Assembly: GCF_006345805.1 (NCBI RefSeq)
Contig: NC_043008.1
Location: 57,722,001-57,786,000, forward strand
Reading direction: 5' to 3'
Source of the DNA: Octopus sinensis
Taxonomy: Eukaryota
Length of the DNA stretch: 64,000 nt
Positions 49,034 to 60,989 of the stretch are shown here, piece by piece. Within the stretch, counting starts at the first letter, position 1, and every line of letters starts with the position of its first letter. Position numbers and translations under genes: made by a program. The notes under the pieces were generated by a model. It did not search any database. It was not told where the DNA came from and saw only the letters and a list, made by a program, of their open reading frames with translations.

Positions 49034-49065
<32 letters not shown>

Positions 49066-49091
49066 ATACTATGTATGTGTATATGTATCTC

Positions 49092-49128
<37 letters not shown>

Positions 49129-49216
49129 ATATATATTATCTATGTATGTGTATATGTATCTATATATATATATTATATATATATATATATATATATCTAT
49201 GTATGTGTATATGGTA

Positions 49217-49252
<36 letters not shown>

Positions 49253-49275
49253 TATGTGTATATGTATCTATATAT

Positions 49276-49315
<40 letters not shown>

Positions 49316-50061
49316 GTGTATATGTATCTTATGTATATATATATATAACATATATATATATATCTATGTATATGTATCTATGTATGTATATATATATATA
49401 CATATATATATATCTATGTATGTGTATATGTATCTATGTGTATGTGTATATATATATATATAATATATATCTATGTATGTGTATATGTATTAGTATGTGT
49501 ATATATATATATATAATGTATTCTATGTATGTGTATATATATATATGTATCTGTATATATATATATGTATCTATGTATGTATATATATATATATGTATCT
49601 ATGTATGTGTATATATATATATATATGTATCTATGTATGTGTATATATATATGTGTATCTATGTATGTGTATATATATATATATATGTATCTCTGTATGT
49701 GTGTATATATATGTATCTGTATGTGTGTATATATATGTATCTCTGTATGTGTGTGTATATATATATGTATCTGTATGTGTGTATATATATGTATCTATGT
49801 ATGTATATATATATATCTATGTATGTATATATATATATATATGTATGTATGTATATATATATATATGTATCTATGTATGTATATATATATATATGTATCT
49901 ATGTATGTGTATATATATATATGTATCTATGTATGTATATATGTATCTATGTATGTATATATATATATATATGTATCTATGTATGTATATATATATGTAT
50001 CTATGTATGTATATATATATATATATATATATGTGTATATATATATGTATCTATGTATGTA

Positions 50062-50110
<49 letters not shown>
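48700..50110. repeat. 1.4-kb compound satellite: TATCTATGTATG(TG) units separated by (TA)n
   Basis: Visible directly; it explains all the long Y/I/M/C/V ORFs. Confidence 0.97.
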
Positions 50111-50112
<2 letters not shown>

Positions 50113-50639
50113 CACAGACTTTTATTTGCAATAAAAAATTGCAACAGCCGACTAAAAAAAATTCAACACTTGATTTAGTTTAGTAAATGTATCGGTTAAA
50201 AGAGGTTGTGGTGCTGGGAACCCTGTTGTAAAAAAAAAATTCAGGTAAAACTTGAAACTATTATAGAAAATAAATACACAATTATTATATTATATTATAT
50301 TAATAAATATATTGCTAAATATTTGTGCCACTGCTGGAGTTACACTTAGACAAGATAAATGAATGGAAAAGTAACCACACAAATAAATAAATATCTCACA
50401 GTTTGGGTCTAAAATATAGATGAGGAAATGTATAAAAATAACTTTTATATGCTACCTTCTTTCCACCTTAGCCTCCTTCCTTAATTTCTTCAAACGAAAA
50501 AAATGAGAAAAGCTAGTTTTTTTTTGTTGACGGCAAAGATAAAATAATGTTCTTATCTATAACTAGTCGACAAGTGAAATTTGATTTCTTAACATTTCCA
50601 AATATTTTCCCCCAGAATGAATAATAATAATAATAATCT

Positions 50640-51125
50640 AAGTTAAATTTCCAGAGAGGACTTTTTTAAAACAATAAGCTGTATAAATAAATGGTGGGTG
50701 TTTCGTTGTGCTTTTGTGTATATCTCTCTCTCTATATATATATATAGATATAGATATATATATATGCATATATCTATATGCAGGTGTATATAATATACAC
50801 ATGTATATACATATATGTGGATACACATATGTATGTAATGATGAGCATATATCTACATATATATATATGTTTGTGGTTGTAAAATATATATATATATATG
50901 TTTGATATGTTTGTGTGTTGTATATATATATATATATATATAATATATATATATGTTTGGTGTATATACATATGTGTGTGGATACACATATGCATATATC
51001 TATAAATATATATGTGTGTGTGTAAATATATTTATATTTATATATATACACACGTTCATTTTTTATTTTTTACTGCCTAGCCTCAAATAATTACAGCAAC
51101 GAATAATATAGAGAGAGAGAGAGAG
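50640..51125. repeat. (TA)n/(TG)n/(GA)n low-complexity block; similar blocks at 51585-51670, 52920-53235, 53385-53420, 53730-53810
   Basis: Visible directly. Confidence 0.9.
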
Positions 51126-51582
51126 AAAGAGAGAAGACGCACAAACCAGACTAAATCAATAGAATAAGCATGGCGCAGTCATCGTCGTCCTGGTTGATGA
51201 GTGTTGCCGGGAGAACGAATGAAACAGACCACTGCAGTCATAGCAATGCTACATTTATATATACACACATATATATATACATACACTGTCTCAGATACAC
51301 ACATAAATACCATTATGTGTATATTGCGCATATGGTTAGTTACTGCAACCTTTTTAGTTGTTCATTTAATTTCTGGTGTTGAAAATTTAACGAATTTTAT
51401 TAATTTGCTTTTATAATCTTTTATAATTAAAAAAAAAGTCCATTGAGCAAAGGTGCAAAGAAGAAGGAAGAAATAAAATGGGAAGAGCTTCCTCAAGGAG
51501 CTAAATGTTATTTAAGATATTTCTTTCGTATTTAGCCATTATACACTATGAAGTGAAACAATACTATGAAAACTTGATTATG

Positions 51583-51632
<50 letters not shown>

Positions 51633-53006
51633 GTACATATATGCATATATTTACATACATGCACGCACGCACGTAGTGAGTGCACAGTTGCTAAGTGGAG
51701 GTCATATTACAAGTTTCGAATCCTGTCTGGAACCGCGTCACCTTACAACCAACCTCTTCCGACATCCCCGAATAAACTTGAATACACGAGGGTCACTAGG
51801 TCTGGCGAGTATCGGTAGCCAAAATATCCTCTTGCTCTCTCTCTCTCTACTATTTGGCGGAGTTTCGAAAATAGCCGTCCACATCGAACGAAGGAAGCCC
51901 TACACTTTTAAGGTGGGAGAGAGAAGGAAAAAGAGTGCTCCCCTCCCACCATATTCATTTCTTAGTATTCCTGGGTTTCGTATAACGGGAATAATTCTCT
52001 CTTTTCCTTTACATTTTTGTCCCCTAATTCCGCGCCCTTTTTCCTTCCCCATGAAGTGAACTACAGAAAATAAATTGAAACGCTCGTAATGATGCTAAGC
52101 GTGCTTGGCAATGGTTCTTCACACAGGGTTACACAACCGAATGCCTGAATGGACATGAAAGCTTCCCGAAATTTCTCTCTACACCTAAAAATCAAACTGA
52201 AACTAGTAGTACTATTATTCCAGTTCCTTGCTGTGGAGTTAGTTCTAACCAAGCCAAGCCAAGCCAGCCTTTTTTTTTTTTCTTTTGTAATTTTTATTCC
52301 AAACAGGGGTGGGGGAAACAATAAGGAAGTGATGGTCCTCATGCATTGCCCATATCCATGGGGGTGGGACGATAATAGAATAGTAAAGGGCTTAAGCAGT
52401 ATTTATGTAAAATTACCAATGGAAAACTGAAGCCGGGTGTTTTGGTAGACCAAAGTCAAAAATCTGGTGACAAGATCAGAGAGAGAGAGAGAGACACCTT
52501 AACCGCCATGATTTCAGATTTATTTTAGAGATTCCAGGGAAATCTCTAAAATATCTTAACGAGCAAACTGGGATTAAATATTAGAAGGCACAATCAGAAG
52601 GCTTTAAGTCTTGGTTAATTAAATTCAATTCAATTTAATTTAGACCCAAAAGCGGGGGGCATATTTATTTTATATTTTATCCCTCTACTACTGGTGTGCA
52701 ATGTGTGTATATGTACACAGCCACCCGGTTGCTACCGCCAGCAACAGCAGCAACAGTATTGCCAGACACATAAAACTACTTGACCATTATCAGCAGCAAC
52801 AGTCGATTGCAATAAACAGGCGTTATTTATAAAAAGAAGAAATAGTTTTGTTTTTAAGCGATAAGGCCACAAAAACTACATCCATTCACACACACATTAT
52901 TTGCACACGTGTATGTATGTGTGAATATTATATATTATATATAAATATATACACACACATTTTTATGTGTGAATAGATGTAGTTTGTGTATATCTTTCTG
53001 TGCTTC

Positions 53007-53058
<52 letters not shown>

Positions 53059-53202
53059 GATATAGAGAGAGCGAATGAATATATATATAGACACCACAGT
53101 AAAAGAGACTACATCCATTCTCACACACAATATATATTTAGAGAGAGAAATTGAAAATATATAAAGATAGACGCACATTCACATCGATAAAGTGTATGTA
53201 TG

Positions 53203-53234
<32 letters not shown>

Positions 53235-53381
53235 TACAGTGTACATTTCATTTAAACACATAAGCGATGGCCATAGCAGGACATCTGACTCGCTAGAAAG
53301 AGTAGTTAAACTCTAAACCACTTATTCTCACTAGACCAAAGTAGCAAAGAATTTTTCAAAATTTTTTTTTGCTACCCTGAA

Positions 53382-53422
<41 letters not shown>

Positions 53423-53736
53423 GTTAAGAATATAAGTATAGAGTATATAGTATTCGTGTATACACACAAATATAGGTAGATAGAATGATGGAGAAGTATA
53501 AAGCTTGGATGGATGGATGGATGATTGCAAAAGAAGAAAGTGAATTTATGTTGGTATTCTGTAAAGAGAAACTGTGGTAATTTTCCATTTTTTTTCTTCC
53601 AGAAATGATATTTAAGAAACCCACAAACATTACTCTCCAAATATACATAAGATTATAGAAATATATTGTAGACAACCTGCTAACCTTGCACCTTATAACT
53701 ACATGGATTTTCAAAGTACACACATACTAATATATA

Positions 53737-53789
<53 letters not shown>

Positions 53790-54059
53790 CATATATACAT
53801 ATATACTGTATGTGCCTGAGACTTTTCTATCCAAAAGGGATTTTCAGTTCAATATTTACATGCTATTATTTACAGCTATATGCGTTTCGAGATCCACTGC
53901 TCGCCCCCACACACCAATAAACACGCACCTATGTATATAATACACTGTTTTATTGTATGTGTGTATATATATATATATATATAAATTACATACATACACA
54001 TATAGCATACATAAGTACCTATATTTATATATATAGGCATTCACATAGATATATACACA

Positions 54060-54157
54060 CACATCTCTCTCTCTCTCTACATATATATATATACACATTA
54101 CATATATTCATATATATACACACCCATGTAGACATATATACACACATCTATGGATTC

Positions 54158-54207
<50 letters not shown>

Positions 54208-54287
54208 GTTACATATATTCATATATATACACACCCAACTAGACATATATATATATATATATATACACATCTATGGATTCGTGTGTG

Positions 54288-54334
<47 letters not shown>

Positions 54335-54349
54335 CTATGGATTCGTGTG

Positions 54350-54391
<42 letters not shown>

Positions 54392-54425
54392 TCTGACTCA
54401 TATATACACATCTATATATATATAA
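54060..54425. repeat. Minisatellite embedded in (TA)n: acacatctatggattcgtgtgt x3 and ttacatatattcatatata..cacaccca x2
   Basis: Visible directly; local tandem duplications of roughly 60-120 bp. Confidence 0.85.
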
Positions 54426-54773
54426 CCAATTGGTAGGATCAGCCGTGATGAATATTTAATACATTTCGGAATAATATACACACAAACACATACACATATA
54501 TATACATATATAATATATCATCATTCATATTCTTATATACATATACACACACACACACATATACAGAAACCTCCATATTCCCACCCTTAACTACATACAC
54601 ACACACACGCACACACACATATCCACCACATGAGCACAATACAACTTCGCTGCTTAGTATTATTATAATTATTATTATTATATAAAACCCCCCACACCGT
54701 TAATTACAAATTTTTTTCCACAAAACGAAAGACCACACACAGCAGCAGTATTTTATAATAAACATCCACTTAC

Positions 54774-55450
54774 CCACAGCTTGGAAGTATTGAGTTTTAT
54801 AAAGGTATACCGTGGCCAAAAGTAAAGGAAACTAAACGATTGACATCAAAAATGTTCATGAGCATCCGGGCACTGGGGTTCCGTTGAAGCACATGGCCTA
54901 CATCGAAACACTTATTGTTCGGCAATTTCCGTTAAAATTTTTTTTTCAGATTATTACTTATTTCTGTTTTAAAGTGATTTTATTATTTTTTTCGTCTTAA
55001 TTTTTCACTTGGTGTAGTAAATATAATAATATATGGTTTCTTAGTGAAAAAAAAAAGTTTAAAGCTGAAATAGGATTTAACACATTTTTACGAACTAACG
55101 CTGCAGCAAGTAATTAACATAAAGTAACAGGAAAAATATGAGGTGAAGGCAGAGTAAGTAAAATAGACGGGGAAGACAGAATGACATGCAGGAGGAGGAG
55201 GTAAATTTGTGAATGACTAATTTACGGTTGCTCGGTAGTTCTCGGTAATTTCCGTCATATGTGCATCAAAAATATGAAACAACATAAATATATGTAATAA
55301 AGGCAGAATTAAAAAATGTCCGGAACAAAGCGGCAAATGTTCCGTTTTTTCCCGTAAATCTTTAACGAACGGAAAGTGATGGTGGTTGGCAATGGAAAGA
55401 ATGCGTTAAATGTAGGAAGGGAGAAGGACGAATAGGTCAGCTAATGTATT
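54774..55450 (-). promoter_or_regulatory. Candidate promoter and non-coding first exon (possible ZFR 5' end)
   Basis: Perfect minus-strand donor TGG|gtaagt at 54773; CpG-rich sequence to its right with several CGGAA/TTCCG and TTTCCCG motifs. Linkage to ZFR is unproven. Confidence 0.35.
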
Positions 55451-55639
55451 GCCGGTGAATCGTTCTAGAAGGTCACATAACACAAAATTTTAAGACATGG
55501 TGGCTACTAAATAGTCAACATTACTTTTCCTCTGAAAAAAATAAATTATTGTATATATTATACACATAATATAAAACTTACCTATTACATATAGGCTATA
55601 TATATGTACATGTACATATATTTAGATATATACACACAC

Positions 55640-55657
55640 ATACACATCTCTATCTCC

Positions 55658-55691
<34 letters not shown>

Positions 55692-55805
55692 TTCTATCTC
55701 TCTATCTCTATCTCTCTCTTTCTATCTCTCTCTCTATCTCTCTCTTTCTATCTCTCTCTATCTCTCTCTTTCTATCACTCTCCCTCTCTCTCTCTCTCTC
55801 TCTAT
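55640..55805. repeat. Compound (CT)n/(CTAT) microsatellite
   Basis: Visible directly. Confidence 0.95.
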
Positions 55806-56088
55806 ATATATATTATATATTGTGTGTAGGCATCTATAGTAAGGAAGGAAAACAAATGGATTTGAGAATGTTCAAAATACAATATCTAACAGTGAAGCAA
55901 ACAAAAAATTTGAGAAACTACCAAAGAGGGAAAGGAAAATTATTTCAAAATACTTATAAGACAAATTTCAACAAAATTGAAAATGCCAAAAAGAGACATT
56001 TCTAGGTGGGAAAAAATTATCTAGGAACCATTTTCATCCAATATCACACACACACACAAACTTTGTAGATAGTTAGTGGACAAGTGTA

Positions 56089-56490
56089 TATGAAGAAAGG
56101 CTGAAGACGCTCGACCTTTATTCTCTAGAAAAACGCCGCCGCCGTGATGATCTCATTCTTGCTCACAACATCATAAGCGGAAAGTGTAACCTCTCGAAAG
56201 AGCTGTTCTTCACTCCTGCTCCAGAGCGTGGGCTGTGGGGTCTCTCCGAAAAGCTCTATCTGCGACGATTTCATCTCAATCGAAGGAGAGGGGCTTTCTC
56301 CGTCCGGGTTGCAGATCTGTGGAATAAGCTGCTGGACGAGATAGTGAAGATGCCAACGACCGCTCGGTTCAAAGTCTCTCTTGACCACAAGTGGCCTGAA
56401 CACCACACTGTACATAATTCCATATCCCCCTACATGGCCTTGCTTTTTGCTTTTTGAGCCAAAAAATTAACTTAACTAACTTAACTTAAG
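56089..56490 (+). mobile_element. 5'-truncated CR1-group LINE: ORF2 C-terminus and (AACTT)n tail
   Basis: Open frame without ATG: YEERLKTLDLYSLEKRRRRDDLILAHNII...RRGAFSVRVADLWNKLLDEIVKMPTTARFKVSLD, the YEERL..L.L.SLE.RR...F S.RV...WN.LP signature. CpG-rich, so probably young. Confidence 0.9.
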
Positions 56491-57383
56491 TAAAAATGAC
56501 TTGGTGTTCAAGGGGCCTCTTTAGTCTTCTCAAGGACATGACAACCTCACTAGTATTGGTGCTATGATAACGTACACCAAATAGACTCTGTAAGGTGGTT
56601 TGTTATAAGGTGGACATCCAGCGAAACCAGGGCAAAACTGAAATATGCAAGCAAGATAAGGTTTGTTGACCCATCTTGGAGCGTAGTAACCCCAAATAAG
56701 AACTATTTTGGACCATGTTACATCCAGTTCATGTCAATAGGGAAAGCAGATGTAAAATGATGGTGAAGATAATGAAGATGGTATGTGTACCGTTGACTGG
56801 ACTGATATGTGGTATTTTTCAGACATGCATGTTTTGCCAGGAAACTTGAAAGTTTAACCTTTAGCACAGTATATTTTCTCTAGAACTGTTTCCTCTGTCT
56901 TTATGGTGACATAATGCACCTACAGTGTGCTGAAGGTTAATCTGTAAGGGGCTGAAATGCCTGATGGGAGTTCTTCCTCTAAATATTTCTCCTGCTGTCT
57001 GCAAGTGAGTTTCCACTTGCTGTATGTATGTTTTTTCAAACATATCAGTATGGTATTTTGATAAATTTTAAAAATATTTTAAATATTTAAAAAACTTGTT
57101 CAGGTTATCTCCACAGATTTTCTATTGAAAATTATGGTCAACACTGATTTTGTTATGACATTTCGTGTCTGAGACACTTAAAATATGGCATATACATTTC
57201 ATCTTCAACCTCATTCTTGTCATATCAGGCATCTCAGATATGAAATGTCATAAAACAATCAGTGCTGGTTATAATCTCTATTGAAAATCTGTGGATATAA
57301 CATTAACAAGTGGTGTAAAAGCACTACTAACACAGTATTGACTCATAAAAACATTTAATATACAATGTAGTATATCATGATTG

Positions 57384-57795
57384 GGATCTTTTCGGTTTGA
57401 ACGGCAGTTTTTAACATAATTTCTAGGTAACTAAAAGATTTTAAACTTCGTATACTGGTAGAATGTGTTACATAAAACATCTTTTTCTCTTGGCTTTATT
57501 GAGAAAATTCTATAGTTTGTAAGATATTTATTGTTGTTTTTTCTTCACTTTCTGCAATTTCAACCAATCATTGACGTCCATTGAGGTAAACAACATTCTA
57601 TGCCATATGAATATGTCCCTCGTTTAAGAAACAGATTGGCTTTATTTACATTTGTGAAGAAAAAAAGATACCCTTCCCCCACCCCTAACCCTAAAATAGA
57701 TTGAAATGCGATAGATCGATACTAGGGTCATAATTATGGGTGGCAATTTCATATGACACCACTAGAAAAAACTGCCATTCAAGCCAAAAAGATCC
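57384..57795 (+). mobile_element. MITE of the 8-bp-TSD family, best-preserved copy (412 bp)
   Basis: GGATCTTTTC...AAAAAGATCC with a perfect TSD CATGATTG (57376-57383, 57796-57803). Confidence 0.9.
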
Positions 57796-57906
57796 CATGA
57801 TTGTATAATAAAATGCAATGTCCCTAAAGGTAATTAATTTTAAGAACTGTTTTAATTTAGGGTAAGTGCTTTCATTTACAAACACACTGCTTTGCTGTAT
57901 AAAATA

Positions 57907-58431
57907 CAAAGGTTGGTTGAAATGTTCAGAGGCCAACCAAGATATTCTCATGGAGTGTTGCATCCCATTGGATCCTTTTGGTGAAGAAGCTTTCTTCCTG
58001 TTGGTCAAAAAAATCATCAATAGCAGATGTGTCATCATTATTGTTGCAATACTGGTTCACAGGCTGACTATGAAGGAATGATGCAACAGATGTGAAATCT
58101 TGCATGCCTTAATTTCAACCCTTCTTGTTAATAAGTATTTTTTTTTTCCTGTTGAGGAATAGCTGATATTCAGAAAGGGCCAAATCAGAAGTGCCTAGAG
58201 GGTGATCAATTAGTTCAAAGCCACAGTCACACACAGCAGCCATTGAAATCAATGACTTGAGTACTGGAGCATTGTCCTAATGAAACAAGATCCCATTCGT
58301 CAGATGTTAGTTTTACTTGGGAGGAAACAATACACTTATTAACAAGAAAGGTTGAAATTAAGGCATGCAAGATATCACAGGTGTAGCATCATTCCTTCAT
58401 AGTCAGCCTGTGAACTTTTCAGCCCACCTCA
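57907..58431 (-). mobile_element. Internally deleted mariner (same family as 18059-19274) with an internal inverted insertion
   Basis: TA at 57905-57906 and 58432-58433; both TIRs present; minus-strand ILFH*DNAPVLKSLISMAAVCDCGFELIDHP...SDLALSEY. Confidence 0.85.
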
Positions 58432-58660
58432 TACTTCATAGCTCTGACCTCAAAGTGCAAAACAACAGAACATAAGCAAAACTTTTATTTTCATCATCTT
58501 TCCTTGCTAAGAGGGGTGTTTTGAGAAAACATTGTAACCAGAGGAAGTGAGGGGTTAGGCTTAGGTAAGGGAGGAGTAGACAAAGTTCAGAAAACTATTG
58601 CCTCTGTTAACACAAAGATGTTCTCTTTTCAGTAAACAGCAGATTGTATGATGCTTGTCT

Positions 58661-59690
58661 ACATCATCATCATCATTGTTTAATGTCCGCTTTCCATGCT
58701 AGCATGGGTTGGATGATTTGACTGAGGACTGGCGAACCAGATGACTGCACCAGACTCCAATCTGATCTGGCAGAGTTTCTGCAGCTGGATGCCCTTCCTA
58801 ATGCCAACCACTCTGAGAATGTAGTGGGTGCTTTTACGTGCCACCAGCACGAGGGCCAGTCAAGCGGTATGTGCAACGGCCATGCTCAAATGGTGCTTTT
58901 TATGTGCCACCTGCACAGGAGCCAGTCCAGCGGCACTGGCAACAACCTCGCTTGAATGTTTTTCACATGCCACCAGCACAAGTGCTAGTAAGGTGACGCA
59001 GGTAACGATCACGCTCGAATGGTGCTTTTTATGTGCCACCGGCACGGAGGCCAATTTGTTGCTCTGGCAATGATCACACTCGTATTGTACCCTTAGCAGT
59101 CCACTACGATGGATGGCAGTCATCGAATTTGATTTCGATTTTGATTTCACTTGCCTCAACAGGACTTTCCAAGCAGAGTTTAGTGTCCAATGAAGGAAAG
59201 GTACGCATAAGACAATTGGTTTTAGGTTTGAAAATGCGACTGGGTCTTAAAACAAACTTTGTCCTATGTCTCCATTGTTGAGTCTATCCATCTGAAACAC
59301 TTGGAACATTTTCACCAAGCCATCACTCTTTATACACTTCACCTGTCCACACATATAGTCTTGTCTGATGTAGTGTAAGTGTTAACTCTGATACCTAATT
59401 TTTCTTTCAACACTATTCTTTATGTACACTAACATTACACAACCAACTGAGCATGCTCACCTCATTTCTTTCCAACCTTCATATGCCCTCCATATTCAGA
59501 GCCCATGTCTTGTCTTGCTATTATTCAATATCAATCTTTACTACAAATATCATATCATATGAAATAAGCATATCTGCTGTTTACTTGAAGAGTGAACATC
59601 TTCGTGTCAACAGAGGTAATAATTTTCTGAACTTTGTCTACCCATCCCTTATTCTGGTTACAATGTTTTCATAAGACACCCATCCCCAGC
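58661..59690 (-). mobile_element. RTE LINE: decayed ORF2 C-terminal part (~59690-59240) and family C 3' UTR with (GAT)n tail (59215-58661)
   Basis: ENIVTRIRDG*TKFRKLLPLL...TWALNMEGI*RLERNEVSMLSWLCNV lies directly upstream of, and in the same orientation as, the family C UTR. Confidence 0.75.
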
Positions 59691-60024
59691 AAGGAAAGGC
59701 AATGAAAGTAAAAGTTTTGCTTATGCTCTGCTGTTTCACAATTTGAGGTCAGAGCTATGAAGTGTTTTATATTGCAAAGCAGTGTGTTTGTAAATCAAGA
59801 CACCACTGGTGTAAAGCATGGTGTACTCACTCCAAATGATAGTAAGAAGTGGTGTAGAAATGATACTACGAGAGGCTATGGCTTAGATTTAAGTCATCCC
59901 TCAGACTTAAATCTAAGCCATAAACTTCTGATCAAAAGCATTCCAGCTAAGACTTGTTGAATAAGATTGTTGAATAAGGGGAATGTATTGGGAAAAGAGA
60001 GAGAGTAGGGGAGATTTAATCTAA

Positions 60025-60170
60025 GTAGGTACAACGGAGGGACTTGCTATTGAGGTTAACAGTTATATGGTTAAACAGGCCATTAAGGATATGATGACTG
60101 AGAAAGCAGCAGGAGTTTCAGTGAAAGTCACTGAGATGTTGAAAATATCTGGCAAAGTAGGACATGCATT
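60025..60170 (+). mobile_element. RTE ORF2 fragment (pre-RT region)
   Basis: EGLAIEVNSYMVKQAIKDMMTEKAAGVSVKVTEMLKISGKVG matches the AIK.MK.GKA.G.SGI.AEMLK motif of RTE ORF2. Confidence 0.7.
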
Positions 60171-60304
60171 ATTTACTTGCAAAGACAATGAAGAAGTACA
60201 GGGAGGTTTTATTGCAATAAGTGGTATAACATCAGCAGCGGCAACAGTTACCATGGTAAAGGAGATACTCAAGAAGATGCTTCTACAGAAGCAGCAAAAC
60301 TGAT

Positions 60305-60780
60305 GGACAGGAGGGGCTGTGTGGTAAGTAGCTTGCTTACCAACCACATGGTTCTGGGTTCAGTCCCACTGCGTGGCACCTTGGGCAAGTGTCTTCTACT
60401 ATAGCCTCAGGCTGACCAAAGCCTTGTGAGTGAATTTGGTAGACAGAAACTGAAAGAAGCCTGTCATATAGATGTTTGTACCCCCTATATCGTTTGACAA
60501 CCTATGCTGGTGTGTTTACATCCCCGTAACTTAGCGGTTCAGCAAAAGAGACCGATAGAATAAGTACTAGGCTTACTTATTCTAGTACATATTCTAGAAT
60601 AATGATGCTGAATTGTTATTCTAGAATAATGATGAAAATGATGCTGGCGTGTTTACATCCCCGTAACTTAGCGGTTCGACAAAAGAGACCAATAGAATAA
60701 GTACTAGGCTTGCAAAGAATAAGTCCTGGGGTCGATTTGCTTGACTAAAGGCGGTGCTCCAGCATGGCCACAGTCAAATG
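60305..60780 (+). mobile_element. SINE family A with an internal 71-bp duplication
   Basis: Colinear with the A consensus apart from the repeat of 60504-60574 at 60641-60711. Confidence 0.9.
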
Positions 60781-60989
60781 ACTGAAACAAGTAAAAGAGT
60801 GATGTTATAAACATGATATTGCAACTAAAAACTGGATGAATTTTGTTTGGAAGAGATAAAAGCACAGGCATAACTGTTTGGTTAAGAAGCTAACTTTGCA
60901 ACCACATGGTTTCAATTCATTCACACTGCATAGCACTTCAGGCAAGCATCTTTTTCTATGGCCCCAGGTCAACCAATGTATTGTGAGTG

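Noticed and set aside
48782-50183. Longest ORFs in the track (188-363 aa)
   Set aside because: Translations of TA/TG microsatellite, which lacks stop codons in these frames; only Y/I/M/C/V/L residues and no domain. The same applies to 7877-8403, 50638-51051, 52928-54436 and 55604-56005.
51505-52430. ORFs of 184 and 93 aa in the CpG-rich block
   Set aside because: They run through microsatellites, show no domain, and overlap on both strands; more likely regulatory DNA.
60067-60303. Protein-like 78-aa ORF as a host exon or retrogene
   Set aside because: The first half is an RTE ORF2 motif, and no convincing splice sites link it to anything.
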